Of a DNA stretch of 53,694 bases, positions 26,010-34,295 are shown piece by piece. The stretch comes from a virus. Its lineage: Duplodnaviria > Caudoviricetes. The stretch lies in IMG/VR virus record IMGVR_UViG_3300027736_000062, positions 1 to 53,694 of that record. One strand, given 5' to 3'. The stretch's first letter is position 1. Every line of letters starts with the position of its first letter. The notes beneath the pieces are model-generated. The model had not been told where the DNA came from. It did not search any database and saw nothing but the letters and a program-made list of their open reading frames with translations. The position numbers were made by a program, and so were the translations under genes.

Positions 26010-26227
26010 GATTCACCTCTTGCTCGGATGTCATGAGCCACGGATGCCAAACAGCCACGCGCCTCCATGTTGCCTGTTTGTGCAATGTAACGAAAAACCA
26101 TATCAGCACACGCCTCACGCTCGGCCAGTACAGCTTTCTCAATCAGATCTTTGTACTCAGCCTCGACAGCCTCACGCCACATCTTTGCAACGTCATCTTG
26201 AAATTCTTTGCGGGTAAGGACTCTCAT
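26006..26227 (-). CDS. Hypothetical protein
   Basis: AEREACA...IRARG motif; ATGA overlaps. Confidence 0.7.
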   Translation of the reverse strand: MRVLTRKEFQDDVAKMWREAVEAEYKDLIEKAVLAEREACADMVFRYIAQTGNMEARGCLASVAHDIRARGES

Positions 26228-26889
26228 ATCACTCTCCTGTTGAAAACCGAACCGTTAACCGAATCGCTTTGAGAGTCATCTTCCCAACGCTTTTGATTGA
26301 TGAACGTAAGTGGGGCTGGCTCAAACCCCGAAACCCACTGCTCAGAGGCCCGCAAACGGGTCACGCAGGCGATAATTTTGTCAGCTAAGGGGTCTAGTGC
26401 TTGACGCCTCCATTTCGCCTCACAGGCCGATTTAGCGACTTTGCGTTTTGATGATGGCCATGCCGACCAAAACTCGTCAAAACGTGATGTTGTCGGTGAA
26501 ACCGACGTAATGGTATTTATCTTATTCTGTATCTTCTTAGGGTTAACTTTCGGTTCCGTTTCGGTTACCGATTCGGTTTTCTTCGGCCTGCCGCCTAGCT
26601 TCCCGAGCTGTCGATTATTTGCGACCTGCGCTTGATACTTCGCTATTTCGACATGACAACGATGGTTAAAATAGCCGTTTTCGGTATGTTCAAAGAACTC
26701 ACCCAAAACCGATTCGGTTATGTCCAAATCAATACGAATTTTTCTCGAAACCGATTCGGTATTGAGTGGGATTGGCTTCTCGCTCATGTAGTACAAATCC
26801 AACAGACGGCGGTAAGCCAAGTCTTCTGCATCGCTCAGATGCGTGGTGTGGGTGATGTAGTCACCAAGGTGGAATTTGTACCAGATCAC
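26224..26889 (-). CDS. Replication initiator (YdaU/DUF1376 N-terminus, lambda O-like organisation)
   Basis: WYKFHLGDY...T.HLS..EDLAYRRLLD.YY; GGRPKK linker; F.EFW.AWP...TFINQ.RWED C-terminus. Confidence 0.85.
   Translation of the reverse strand: MIWYKFHLGDYITHTTHLSDAEDLAYRRLLDLYYMSEKPIPLNTESVSRKIRIDLDITESVLGEFFEHTENGYFNHRCHVEIAKYQAQVANNRQLGKLGGRPKKTESVTETEPKVNPKKIQNKINTITSVSPTTSRFDEFWSAWPSSKRKVAKSACEAKWRRQALDPLADKIIACVTRLRASEQWVSGFEPAPLTFINQKRWEDDSQSDSVNGSVFNRRVI
26566..26761. repeat. Iteron-like palindromes ACCGATTCGGT (putative origin)
   Basis: Copies at 26567-77, 26708-18 and 26750-60 inside the initiator gene next to an AT-rich tract; degenerate copy at 26257-69. Confidence 0.7.
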
Positions 26890-27095
26890 TTTAATGCTCC
26901 GAAGATGTCGGGCCGTAAAAATGTGCGCTTAACTTGCCCCCTCGTGTAGCGCTCAATGGCCACACTCAACTCAGGACTAGGCAGCGCCCGCCCAGAGATG
27001 ACGAGGCTCATCCACGTCTTGCTCACGCCTAGCTTGGTGGCCATGGCCAGCTTTGCTCCTCGTGGCTTTGTTTCAAAAAATTCAGTCAGTGTCAT
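26886..27095 (-). CDS. Cro/YdaS-like HTH regulator
   Basis: MTL.EF....RG....MA..LGVS..W.S....G...PS......IE..T.G.V....LRPD. Confidence 0.85.
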   Translation of the reverse strand: MTLTEFFETKPRGAKLAMATKLGVSKTWMSLVISGRALPSPELSVAIERYTRGQVKRTFLRPDIFGALK

Positions 27096-27126
27096 TCAGT
27101 CATTCTCCAGTGGTTGGTTTAAGCGC

Positions 27127-27188
27127 ATCATACACTAAAAAAATATTTGCGCAACGGGGTTGTATCTTCAAGTTAAATTTGGTACAGT
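27127..27188. promoter_or_regulatory. Divergent early promoters
   Basis: Plus strand TTGTAT-17-TACAGT with TG extension; minus strand TTGCGC-16-TATGAT. Confidence 0.6.
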
Positions 27189-27215
27189 TGCGAAACTTTA
27201 ACTCGAAAGCGAATT

Positions 27216-27320
27216 ATGCGAAACTTTTTTACAGCGGTTGTGCGTTTTTTTCTTGGCCCCGGTAGCGGCATCATGCTGTTTATTTTGGTTGGCTTGGCTT
27301 ACTACTTGGCCAAGGACTGA
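27216..27320 (+). CDS. 34-aa single-helix membrane peptide
   Basis: Manually translated MRNFFTAVVRFFLGPGSGIMLFILVGLAYYLAKD; first ORF after the rightward promoter. Confidence 0.55.
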   Translation: MRNFFTAVVRFFLGPGSGIMLFILVGLAYYLAKD

Positions 27321-27321
27321 C

Positions 27322-27495
27322 ATGGGCGACGAGTCTGAATTTCACCAGCTCATGCTGGAACGAGTGCAAATGCTTGAGGAGGCCCTTCGCAGGGCCATCG
27401 CAGGCGTTGCCACCCCAGACGACTGGGCAATGATTCGCATGGAATGCGGTCTGCCAAGGGCGTCTATTTTTAAACCTGATAGGAGCGAAAAATGA
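27322..27495 (+). CDS. Hypothetical protein (57 aa)
   Basis: AAGGA SD before ATG 27322; ATGA overlap with next gene. Confidence 0.65.
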   Translation: MGDESEFHQLMLERVQMLEEALRRAIAGVATPDDWAMIRMECGLPRASIFKPDRSEK

Positions 27496-28145
27496 GTTTG
27501 ACAGCGAAAGACAGCGGCGGCAGCTTTACCCCCGTAGCCCCCGGCATGCACCTTGCACGGTGCTACCGCATCATAGATCTGGGCACACAGAAGACCGAGT
27601 ACCAAGGACAGACAAAACACCTTCAAAAGGTAATGTTGCAGTTTGAAGTCCACGGCGAAGACGACGACGGCAACGCGTTGGTGACAGCCAAAGGCGAGCC
27701 AATGTCTATCAGCAAGAACTTTACCTTGTCGTTGGCTGAGAAGGCCACGCTGCGCAAGGACCTGCAAGCTTGGCGTGGCCGTGACTTCACTGCTGACGAG
27801 CTGCGTGGCTTTGAGCTGAAGAACGTGCTCGGTGCGTGGGCCATGATCACTGCGGCCAAGTCTGTTGGCAACAACGGCAAAGAGTACACCAACGTGATCT
27901 CGATCAACCCAGTGCCTGTGGCCATCAAAAAGGCTGGCCTGCCTGAAGGCTTCAACAAGTTGGCGATGTTTGTGATTGAAAACCCCGACATGGAGCTGTT
28001 CGAGACCTTTGGCAACGGCCTGAAAGAGAAGATCCAAGGTTCGCCTGAGTGGCGTGCCCGTAACGGTGGTCAAGAGCAGCCTGCCAGAAAAGCTACGAAC
28101 ACAGGGTCGGGCTTTGATGACATGGATGATGACATCCCTTTTTAA
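27492..28145 (+). CDS. ssDNA-binding/replication protein (NGO0469-like) with acidic SSB tail
   Basis: PG.H.ARC..IIDLGTQ N-terminus; C-terminal DDDIPF. Confidence 0.75.
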   Translation: MSLTAKDSGGSFTPVAPGMHLARCYRIIDLGTQKTEYQGQTKHLQKVMLQFEVHGEDDDGNALVTAKGEPMSISKNFTLSLAEKATLRKDLQAWRGRDFTADELRGFELKNVLGAWAMITAAKSVGNNGKEYTNVISINPVPVAIKKAGLPEGFNKLAMFVIENPDMELFETFGNGLKEKIQGSPEWRARNGGQEQPARKATNTGSGFDDMDDDIPF

Positions 28146-28163
28146 TTAGAACGGGCAATTGGC

Positions 28164-28487
28164 ATGAACACCACAATGAACTTGTTTGATCAAGACTTTG
28201 GGTCTGACCCAAAAACACTGGTCCGAAGTCAAGATCCGGACACAAGCCACAAGGCGGCAAATGCTGTTGACACTTCAAAACTTGAGCGCATGGTTTTTGA
28301 AGCCATTGGAACTTTTCCAAACGGTTGCATTAGCGACCAAATTCTTTCCATGTTTCCAAACTACCCGTACTCCTCAATCACCGCCAGATATCGGGCTTTG
28401 CTCGATAAAGGTTTTATTGAGGACACCGGGGAGCGAAGAGCTGGAGCTTCTGGTAAAGGTCAACGCGTTATGAGGATTTTAAAATGA
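28164..28487 (+). CDS. Winged-helix DNA-binding protein
   Basis: R..DP.TS..AA...SSITARY..L..KG.I...G.RR...SG..QRV. Confidence 0.7.
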   Translation: MNTTMNLFDQDFGSDPKTLVRSQDPDTSHKAANAVDTSKLERMVFEAIGTFPNGCISDQILSMFPNYPYSSITARYRALLDKGFIEDTGERRAGASGKGQRVMRILK

Positions 28488-28666
28488 GAGTTTTATCTGT
28501 TAGCTGGAACCCTGACCGCGACATCACAAAGCTAAAATTTAATGAACATTTTTTGGCTTCTGATTGGGTTGTACGGGCGGACGTTTTGCAAGACCTTATT
28601 CACGACCTGACAGTCATGTATGAGGGAATGCTCACAAAACCAAAAAACGAAGAAGAAAACACATGA
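28484..28666 (+). CDS. Hypothetical protein
   Basis: ATGA-coupled on both sides. Confidence 0.6.
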   Translation: MRVLSVSWNPDRDITKLKFNEHFLASDWVVRADVLQDLIHDLTVMYEGMLTKPKNEEENT

Positions 28667-29433
28667 CCATCACAGCAAAAGAACCACGCGCCAGCGAAAG
28701 CAATCACTGGTACACCCGCGACGGCGTGCCGCGCTACACGGTGATCGGCAAGAACGGCAAGGAGCGCAACACCACGCTGCGCGACGCCCGTACCGAGAAC
28801 CTTGTGCCCAGCGTGACCACCGTCTTGAACGTGATGGCCAAGCCTGCGCTCATCCAGTGGTTGCAAAAGCAGGTGTTGCTGGCCGCTCTAACTTTGCCGC
28901 GCATCGACGGCGAGCCAGAGGACGACTACATTGCCCGCATCATGAGCGACAGCAAGGAGCAGGGGCGCAAGGCCGCAGACGACGGCACTGACATTCACGC
29001 ATCGATCCAAGGCTTCTACGAGGGTGAGGTCATCACGCGCCACGAAGAGCACGTCAAAGGCACTGTGGCCAAGCTCGAAGAAGCTTTTGGCCAACAGCCT
29101 TGGATCGCCGAGCGACCGTTTGGCCACAGCCATGGTTTTGGTGGCAAGTGCGACCTGCACTGCGTCACTGGTGATGGCATCGTGGCCGACGTTAAGACCA
29201 AGGAATTTACCGACGCCACCAAGATCGATGCGTATGATGACCACCTCATGCAATTGGCAGCGTACCGTGTGGGCCTTGGCATCCCCAAGGCTCGCTGTGC
29301 CAACGTGTTTGTCTCGCGCAGTGTCCCGGGCCTCGTGGTCGTGAAGGAATGGTCCGAAGAGGACCTCCAACGCGGCTGGGAGATGTTCTGCTCACTGCTT
29401 AAATTCTGGCAACTCAAGAATCAACACTCATGA
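28663..29433 (+). CDS. PD-(D/E)XK exonuclease
   Basis: PSVTTVL, GT.IH, E, GG.CDL, DVKT, QLAAY. Confidence 0.85.
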   Translation: MTITAKEPRASESNHWYTRDGVPRYTVIGKNGKERNTTLRDARTENLVPSVTTVLNVMAKPALIQWLQKQVLLAALTLPRIDGEPEDDYIARIMSDSKEQGRKAADDGTDIHASIQGFYEGEVITRHEEHVKGTVAKLEEAFGQQPWIAERPFGHSHGFGGKCDLHCVTGDGIVADVKTKEFTDATKIDAYDDHLMQLAAYRVGLGIPKARCANVFVSRSVPGLVVVKEWSEEDLQRGWEMFCSLLKFWQLKNQHS

Positions 29434-29651
29434 AACCTGTAGAAGCCTTTCAAACCTCAGACGGCATGCTGTTCTCCACAGCGCAGTCTGCCGAGAAGCA
29501 CGAAATGATGTTGTCTAAAGAGAGCGTCGTCGACGAATTCTTAGACAGCGATCTAAACCCCTACACGGGCCACGCTCACCGCTCAATGGCTCGTAACACT
29601 GTTGTCAACTGGGAACTATGGAAGTCTAAAAATGAAATCCTTGCTAAATGA
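29430..29651 (+). CDS. Hypothetical protein
   Basis: F.TSDG..F.T...A..HE motif. Confidence 0.65.
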   Translation: MKPVEAFQTSDGMLFSTAQSAEKHEMMLSKESVVDEFLDSDLNPYTGHAHRSMARNTVVNWELWKSKNEILAK

Positions 29652-29859
29652 AGAACTCGTCAAACAAGTCTTTTTCTACAGCGACGAAAAGCGGCCAGAT
29701 CCGCTGATCGCTGACGAGGTAGACATCGTGCAATTTGCCGAGAAGCTGGAGGCCGTACTGCGCCCCTTGATTGCGGCTGAAGAGCACAAGCGCTGCGTCA
29801 CGATCGTGGCACACATGAACCGCGAAGTGGCCAGCGCCCTATCAAACCAGAAGCCTTAA
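29632..29859 (+). CDS. Hypothetical protein
   Basis: Last gene before the convergent terminator. Confidence 0.6.
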   Translation: MKSLLNEELVKQVFFYSDEKRPDPLIADEVDIVQFAEKLEAVLRPLIAAEEHKRCVTIVAHMNREVASALSNQKP

Positions 29860-29887
29860 AAAGACCCCCTCCCGCGAAGGAGGGGGC
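29858..29887 (-). terminator. Terminator at the early/late convergence
   Basis: CCCCCTCC/GGAGGGGG stem followed by TCTTTTT on the minus strand. Confidence 0.75.
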
Positions 29888-29948
29888 ATAAGAATGCCGC
29901 AGGCAACTGGCAAAGCCACGGCAATCCAAGCGGGGAGAGCCGCTTGAA

Positions 29949-31532
29949 TTAGGGTAGGGGTCCCGTCATCTCGTCAAGCAACGGCGCGTTGGCCAACCCC
30001 TGCATTTTTCTTTTAACGTACTCTTGAAAATCTGGGTTGTCGCGGTAGGCTTGCGCAGCGCCAGTCCCAATCGCCAACGGTATGCCAACGGGCGCGGTGG
30101 GCGGGAACATTGACAAACCAGATCCCAAAATATTTCCACCACTTAGCATCATGCTTGTGGTGTCTCGCTGACCTTCTGGCTTGCGTGCCTGCTGTGCAAT
30201 GTTGACGCCCTCGCCCGCAGCGCTGGCCAAGGCCAACGGCGGCAAAACGTACTTGCCAACGGCTGCGGCGGCAGCGGCCACGGGCCTCATCATGCCCTTG
30301 AACATGTCGGTGACAACGTCCAACCCAGAAGGTCCTTTGGGGGGAATAGGAGCCGTTGAAACAGGCTGCCTTGGGGGTAGCTGAACCAAGGTTCCTTGAG
30401 GCGGTGGCGCTGCGGGTCCGGGCATAAAGTTTGGCGGCAAGTCAGCGGCTGGAAGCGGTCCCTGAACCCTGAACGACTGTTTAGGCCCACTTCCAGCGCC
30501 TTGGTCTAACGTCAGTAATCCGCCGTAACGTGGGTTCTCAACGTACTTTTCGCCGGGGAACATGCTCTGGACTTTGTTCAGTCCTTCGCGCCGCTGGGAG
30601 GTTAAGTCGTGAACACCACCAGTTTGTTTGGTCATGTCCAAGGCGCGGCCAGCTTCAATGTCGGTCAACCCTGCCGACTTGGCGTAGTTGTAGGGCATCG
30701 TGCCAGTCTGGCCAGCAGCAAGCCTTCCAGCGTCTGCACCGCCTGACGGGACTGGCAGGCGAACAACGCTTTGCGGTGGGCCGCCAGAAGGGCTAGGAAC
30801 GCCCGCAGAGGGCGCTGGAGGGGTTGGTGGCGTCCTACCCTGCATACCTGTTGCAAAACCCGTTCCTACGCGCTTTGCGCCAGCTTCCAGCAGTGCCCCC
30901 GCACCAGAGCCTGCTGCGCGGGTTGCGGAAACACCAGCGCCAGTCCCAGCACCAATCATTTGAGCCTGACGTTTTTCTTGAGCGTCCATTGCCGCCTGCA
31001 TGCGGGCATCACGCTCCTCATCGGTTTCCTCTGCTGGCGCGGGGGTTGCAGGGGCTGGGGCAGCCGCTCCCTCAGTAGGTTCAAAGGGCAGCGCCTTGTT
31101 TTCAGGTATTGAGGCCTGAGCGCTGGCCAATGAGCTTTCGTATTCTTCAACGGGAACACCAAAGTAGGAGCCGTTTTTTCCAGAGGCCAAGCCTCGAGTG
31201 AACGCACCGACGTCAGGGCCAGTGTTGACGGCCAGCGGAAAGTTGCGCTTGATCTGGTCGGCGTAGTACATGCCGAAGACCTCGGGGTCCTCGAACTGAA
31301 CGTACTTGTCCTTGGACCCCGTCTTGTTGTCTTTTGCTTCAAAGCCGTTGCCGCTGAAGTCTTTGATGCCGCCCAAGTTGTGATGCTTCTTGGCCATTTC
31401 GGTTTGACCCCAACGACTTTCAAGGCCCCACTGACTCAGCAGCACGTTTGGGTCAACCTTAATTTCTTTGCTGACTTGCTGCGCAATAGGGCCGTAGGTC
31501 TCAATGAACTGCTCAATGTTTTTGTTGGACAT
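29949..31532 (-). CDS. Virion/ejection protein with N-terminal GH73 (FlgJ-like) glucosaminidase
   Basis: QWGLESRWG...HNLGGIK; Pro-rich linker; hydrophobic C-terminal helices. Confidence 0.75.
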   Translation of the reverse strand: MSNKNIEQFIETYGPIAQQVSKEIKVDPNVLLSQWGLESRWGQTEMAKKHHNLGGIKDFSGNGFEAKDNKTGSKDKYVQFEDPEVFGMYYADQIKRNFPLAVNTGPDVGAFTRGLASGKNGSYFGVPVEEYESSLASAQASIPENKALPFEPTEGAAAPAPATPAPAEETDEERDARMQAAMDAQEKRQAQMIGAGTGAGVSATRAAGSGAGALLEAGAKRVGTGFATGMQGRTPPTPPAPSAGVPSPSGGPPQSVVRLPVPSGGADAGRLAAGQTGTMPYNYAKSAGLTDIEAGRALDMTKQTGGVHDLTSQRREGLNKVQSMFPGEKYVENPRYGGLLTLDQGAGSGPKQSFRVQGPLPAADLPPNFMPGPAAPPPQGTLVQLPPRQPVSTAPIPPKGPSGLDVVTDMFKGMMRPVAAAAAAVGKYVLPPLALASAAGEGVNIAQQARKPEGQRDTTSMMLSGGNILGSGLSMFPPTAPVGIPLAIGTGAAQAYRDNPDFQEYVKRKMQGLANAPLLDEMTGPLP

Positions 31533-31533
31533 C

Positions 31534-33303
31534 TCACTCACCTTCTTTCTTGCGTCGGATCACGCCAGTCTTGGGATCTCGAATGAACCCAGTGCTTGGA
31601 GCGCCCGAAGCGGCAGGTGGAGCCTCTTGCTTGCGCTGGCTTGTAGGCACGGCTTTGATGCCGCCAAAGATCTTCTCGGTCTCCGCCTCAAAGCTTTTCT
31701 TGATGTCTTTGTACAGGTCCGACTTGCGCTCAAACTCAAGGTACGAGCGCCCGGGATTCTTGTCCTGCCACTGGCGGAATGCGTCAGCGGTGTCAATGTC
31801 AAACTGCGAACGTGACTTGAGCAAATCCATGCGAGTGCGAAGCACCTCGGGGCTGGTGCTGGTGGTCCCGGGGATGGCGCGAACGATCTTGCGCTCACCC
31901 TCAGTCACAGCACCTTGCTTGGCCAAATACAAACGAGTGAAGGCCAGCTCAATCTCAGCAAGCTCGGTCGCAGCCTTGGTGACGTTGTCGAGGTCCTTCT
32001 GCGTAACACCCGGCATCATCTTGCGCATGCTGTCCTCGAACCCAGCAAGGTTCAATGAACCGCTAGGCGTTTGAATGCCCTCTTTGATTAAATTGCCGAT
32101 TGCGGCAGTGACGCCGGGGCGGGCAAAAATACCAAAGTAGTTCGGGCTTTGTTTAAGGTAATCTGACACGCGAGTAACGCTGCCAAAAATACGACGTGCG
32201 GTGGCGTCCGTCTCTTCAACCGCCGCCTCTTTTTCAGCAGCTTTTTCACCAAGCTTGCCTGCGCGTGTTTCAGCTTCTTTTTGCTCGGTAGCCAACTGCT
32301 GCACCGATTTAAGGCCGCCACTTGGCTCGCCATCGGCGGGCTTGCCATCAGTAGGCGCAACGTCGGTTTTCTTGCGAGGACCTTTGACAACGCGCTCGGC
32401 CAAGTCGTGGTAGGCAGGGTCGTCGTTGGCCGCAAGCAAACTGAGCCTTGCAGCGGTGCGGGCGTCCACGGGGAAGGTCCCGGGGTAGCCGTAGATTTGG
32501 ATCTGCTCCACTTTCCCTGTTGGGAACTGATAAAACTTACCAGTGGCCAGATCCTGCACGCCGCTCTCTTTATCGCGGAAACGCTTCTGATTGATCTCCT
32601 GCGCCTCTTTGATGAGATCAGCAGCGGACTTACTTTTATCTGAACGATTCAACCGAATGTAATCGCGTGCCGTCATGAAATCTGGATTTGGCGGCATTAC
32701 TTGAATGCCCTCAATGTTTTCAAAACCGGGGGGCTTGTTTGACTCCAGAGAAGCCAAAGCGCCTTGAGGTGAGCCAACAACTTTAGGTGCTGTGGACTGT
32801 GAGCTTGCTTGAGACAAAGCACCAGCAGCGGGAGCGCCTTCGGTGGGGGCCTCTGCGGGGGCTGCGCCACCTGACAACGGTCCAGCCTGTGGGCCAGCAA
32901 TTGCGCCAGCCTGTGGGCCTGCTATGGGGCCTGTTGCAGGCTGTGGCCCGTTCAAGTATTTCAGCAGCTCTGCGTCGCGCTGTTTCATGCGCTGAAGTTC
33001 AATGCCTTGACCAGCAACCGCAACCTCGCGCTCACCTAATGCCAACTGACGCTTGTCTTCCATCTCTTGGGCTGCGCCGACCTTGCCAGCGGCCTTGCCA
33101 AGCGACTCGCCAAATCCACCAGTTTGCGTAGGCGACAGGAACCCCTCGGCCATAGCCAAAAGGGTTGGATCAAACAACATTTTTCGGTTGGTAAGAGAGT
33201 CCGAAAGTCGGGCAACCGCGTCCTGATAGCGTTTATTTGCCGCAGCAATTTCTGGATCTTCTCCAGCCAAATACTGCGCTGATGGGGTTTTGGCTTCAGC
33301 CAT
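31534..33303 (-). CDS. Ejection (DNA transfer) protein
   Basis: Helical; GGFGESLG and QGAVTEGER motifs; position in the P22 gp7/gp20/gp16-type block. Confidence 0.6.
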   Translation of the reverse strand: MAEAKTPSAQYLAGEDPEIAAANKRYQDAVARLSDSLTNRKMLFDPTLLAMAEGFLSPTQTGGFGESLGKAAGKVGAAQEMEDKRQLALGEREVAVAGQGIELQRMKQRDAELLKYLNGPQPATGPIAGPQAGAIAGPQAGPLSGGAAPAEAPTEGAPAAGALSQASSQSTAPKVVGSPQGALASLESNKPPGFENIEGIQVMPPNPDFMTARDYIRLNRSDKSKSAADLIKEAQEINQKRFRDKESGVQDLATGKFYQFPTGKVEQIQIYGYPGTFPVDARTAARLSLLAANDDPAYHDLAERVVKGPRKKTDVAPTDGKPADGEPSGGLKSVQQLATEQKEAETRAGKLGEKAAEKEAAVEETDATARRIFGSVTRVSDYLKQSPNYFGIFARPGVTAAIGNLIKEGIQTPSGSLNLAGFEDSMRKMMPGVTQKDLDNVTKAATELAEIELAFTRLYLAKQGAVTEGERKIVRAIPGTTSTSPEVLRTRMDLLKSRSQFDIDTADAFRQWQDKNPGRSYLEFERKSDLYKDIKKSFEAETEKIFGGIKAVPTSQRKQEAPPAASGAPSTGFIRDPKTGVIRRKKEGE

Positions 33304-33315
33304 GTTTTTCTCCTT

Positions 33316-34293
33316 TTAACCCGGAAAGTCGTCAAGAGACTTTGCGTAATCAATTTCTTCTTGAGTTCGTTGGCCGGGTGTAAAGCCGTCACCTTTGAAA
33401 AAAGTGCTTGGATCAAAGCCTTTAAATTTATCTCCAATAAAGTCAAACAACTTGCCACCTGCGGAGCCTTCTTTTGTAGCGCCGAGCATAGACATGACGC
33501 CCAAAATGTTGGACAGATCTGACGTGCTGTACATACCAGCCTTTGGTCCCACAAACTTCTCGGTTTGACTTTGAGGAATGGTGTAGCCGCGCATGAGTCC
33601 AGAGGCGGTCGTTGCGGTCTTGAGGGGCGCGTCCAGCAAGCTCTGCTGGTACGCCTGACGCTCTGCACCAGCCTTGGTCAATGCACCAGCAGCGGTTAGG
33701 CCCGTGTCCAGCTCTTGCTGTGCAAGCTTGCCTTGAGTACCAGCGGCCAAGTTTTGCAATTGGGCTTCATCTAACGCGCCCTTTAAAGCCTCGCTGTAGC
33801 CTTTTGACAGTGCGCCGTACTGCTGGCCTGTCAAGCCCGCTTGAATGTCCGCCATGCCCTGTCCAAGAGCGCCAGCGTAGCGTTGGCTGCCAAGGCCACC
33901 AGTGCCAACAAAACCAGCCTTCATGGTGGGCAGCAAATTGCGCTGCACATTTTGCTGAGACAAGCGGCCCATCTCATCCACCACATTGCTGGTGTAGGGG
34001 TTCATCAAAGCCTGAATGCGCTCGGGCGTGATGCCTTTGGCTGCTTGAGCTGCGGTGTCTTGAGCGGCTTGGAGGTCGGGCTGGTACGAGGTTGTGGCCC
34101 CCGGCAAGTTGCTGTACCCCATAACCTGCAACGGGTCATAGCCAGCCACAGACTGTGTGGGCGATCGGCCCATGGCGGTCTGGCCAGCAGTCGAGACGTC
34201 GGTCAGGTACTTCGTGTAGTAATCGGGTGCATTGTCAGTCCGCGTCGTGGTCTGCGTAATGTCTGGTAACGGTGCGCCTTGGGTAAGTGCCAT
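33316..34293 (-). CDS. Ejection (DNA transfer) protein
   Basis: Gln/Ala-rich; MNPY...VV and G.LGS.R motifs typical of pilot proteins. Confidence 0.65.
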   Translation of the reverse strand: MALTQGAPLPDITQTTTRTDNAPDYYTKYLTDVSTAGQTAMGRSPTQSVAGYDPLQVMGYSNLPGATTSYQPDLQAAQDTAAQAAKGITPERIQALMNPYTSNVVDEMGRLSQQNVQRNLLPTMKAGFVGTGGLGSQRYAGALGQGMADIQAGLTGQQYGALSKGYSEALKGALDEAQLQNLAAGTQGKLAQQELDTGLTAAGALTKAGAERQAYQQSLLDAPLKTATTASGLMRGYTIPQSQTEKFVGPKAGMYSTSDLSNILGVMSMLGATKEGSAGGKLFDFIGDKFKGFDPSTFFKGDGFTPGQRTQEEIDYAKSLDDFPG

Positions 34294-34295
34294 GA

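Noticed and set aside
28663-29433. Cas4-like nuclease suggesting CRISPR association
   Set aside because: Lacks the four-Cys Fe-S pattern; ordinary phage PD-(D/E)XK exonuclease near an SSB-like gene
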